Positions 62,121 to 64,000 of a stretch of DNA of 64,000 nucleotides are shown in pieces. Location: assembly GCA_964016885.1 (NCBI GenBank), contig OZ024740.1:291958001-292022000 (forward strand). Direction: 5' to 3'. The stretch is from Eledone cirrhosa. Taxonomy: Eukaryota. Within the stretch, counting starts at the first letter, position 1; each line of letters opens with the position of its first letter. The position numbers were made by a program, and so were the translations under genes. The notes beneath the pieces were generated by a model, which saw only the letters and a program-made list of their open reading frames with translations, was not told the origin of the DNA and did no database searches.

Positions 62121-63910
62121 TATATATATATACATATATAGTGAAAAATGGAACTGGAACAAAACAGAGAGGCAGTAGAAACAAAGGTTTATTTAGAGGA
62201 CTCCGGTGGCTGAGTATGTATATATGTGGGGGTACGCACGTGTGTGTTGGTGTTTATACGTTTTGTGGATGTAGGTGGCGTGGTTCGAAAAAAAATTTGT
62301 GTGTGTATGTCCGTGGGTAAGTTTCTAAGGTAGTTCCGTAGAGGGTGTGAAGGGGTGCCGGATATTTTCCATGTTATGGAGGGGATAGTGGGAACGATGG
62401 CCAATGGTGTGTAATCCGTGGTAGTCGGAAGAGGGGAGATGTGGGGTGCATGCGCAACAGGAAGTGGTCAGAGGGTCAAGGCAGGATGAGGGTAGAGGAG
62501 AATGACAGGTGGAGAGGACTGTGTCTGTGTGTGCGGAGAAGTGGTCAGAGGCTCAAGGCATAGCAGCAGTAGAGGAGAATGGCAGGTGGAGAAAGTCAGT
62601 GTGTCTGTGTGTGCGGAGGTGTGGTGGACAGGGGAGAGGATGGGTAGGTGTGAAAGGTGGAGTGAGGAGGGGGTCATGCGGGGGATGGGGTGTGTGTTAG
62701 TAGAGGTGTTAGTGGGATGTGTGTGTGTGTCTGTGTAGGGGTGTGGGTGGAGCGGGGAGAGGGAGAAAAAGGGTGTGGGGGACGGTGGAGCGAGTGTAGT
62801 GTACTGGTGTGTGTATGTGTTTGGATGAGTGTGTGTGTGATGAAGGGGGTGTTAGTATACTAGTGGTGGGGAAAGGGTTGAATGCGGGTGTGTTAGTGGG
62901 GGTCAGTGGTGGTAGGGTGTGTGTGTTCGTGTACGTGGGGTCGGGGGGATGTTAGTGGTATTAGTTGTGAGGTGGTTGAAGTGGATGTGTGGGTGAGGGT
63001 TAGTGGTGGTAGTAGGGTGTGTGGATAGTGTGAGTGCGTGTAACATTCGTTTAATAACCTCGTATTTAAACACTGATTACTGTTATACGTTCGTTTAAAT
63101 TATGGTCGAATTTGTAGGTTTAGATTATAAAAAGATAACCTTCTCGTTATAACTTTTTCGGGAACATTCTTCCTTCTTCTTCTCCTCTACTCTGTCCCCC
63201 AATGCATTGTTTATAAGCCTACAGGTCCTCTCATACCCTCCCTCTCTCTCTCTCTCAGCAAGTATAAAATGAACCTGTCGGTTGTCAAAAATTTAAGAAT
63301 TCTTCGAATCTTCCTCCTTGCCGAAGGGACGTTTGACAAATGTAATGTATTTCAGGCCATTTTCTTGTCTCCCTGTGTTTTACACGGTCCATTTACTTAG
63401 AATCCAATCTTTCAATTTTATTCGATAATTCTGTCAGACCCTCAAAAACAATCTTCTTGTATTTAAACTCTGATTACTGTTATACGTTTGTTTAAATTAT
63501 GGTCAAATTTGTAGGTTTAGATTATAAAAAAATAACCTTCTCGTTAACTTCCCCATATCGTCCCGCACCCACTCGCCACCATTATTAGATGGTCCAATCA
63601 TAATTCAGCAGCTTATATGTTTCTCTTACCAATCTCTTTCACAAAACCACCACCTCGGCTATTCACTCCTTAAGTTTAAACCTGGTTGCCTTTGATAGGC
63701 TAGATGGACTGTAGAATTCTGAAGAGTACGAAGAATCTGGACACTCAAATGACAATGTCAAAGATAAAGATAAATTCACCTCATGTGGCCAGACGAAAAT
63801 GCAAGGATTCCTCTTTATTTCAGACATGGATGGCAAATATAACCCCATCTCCCTCACCCCTCCCTACACCTCCAACCCATCCCTTCCACCCACCAAACGA
63901 AATCCAAAAC

Positions 63911-64000
63911 TTCAGAGTTGGTACCATGAATGTAGGCACTTTAAAAGGTCGCTCAAATGAGGTTGTAGAGATGCTTGAACGTAAGGAAGTTGATGTTTGC
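63911..64000 (+). mobile_element. RTE LINE 5' region, start of APE endonuclease (runs off window)
   Basis: FRVGTMNVGTLKGRSNEVVEMLERKEVDVC. Confidence 0.85.

Overview
AT-rich, repeat-dense animal genomic DNA. The SINE/RTE repertoire, (TA)n microsatellites and gene type suggest a coleoid cephalopod such as Octopus (inference). Host genes are two + strand, intron-containing Ly6/uPAR (three-finger, quiver/crooked-like) genes. Gene 1 shows its last two coding exons (21003-21134, 22853-23073) and gene 2 its first two (57041-57086, 59880-60041). The rest is mostly mobile DNA: RTE, CR1 and CRE LINE remnants, tRNA-derived SINEs, piggyBac-type MITEs, a Helitron, and a pogo transposon interrupted by a Gypsy LTR element. 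The ORF track misses a dense set of about 15 hand-foldable type I hammerhead ribozyme motifs. They lie in Penelope-like (Naiad-type) elements with inverted/tandem pseudo-LTRs and in a non-coding ~426-bp tandem retrozyme-like repeat (47897-48997), mostly within or beside (TA)n tracts. A 5-kb minisatellite appears to have arisen from a 34-bp piece of RTE LINE coding sequence. All RNA structures were folded by eye and no database searches were run.
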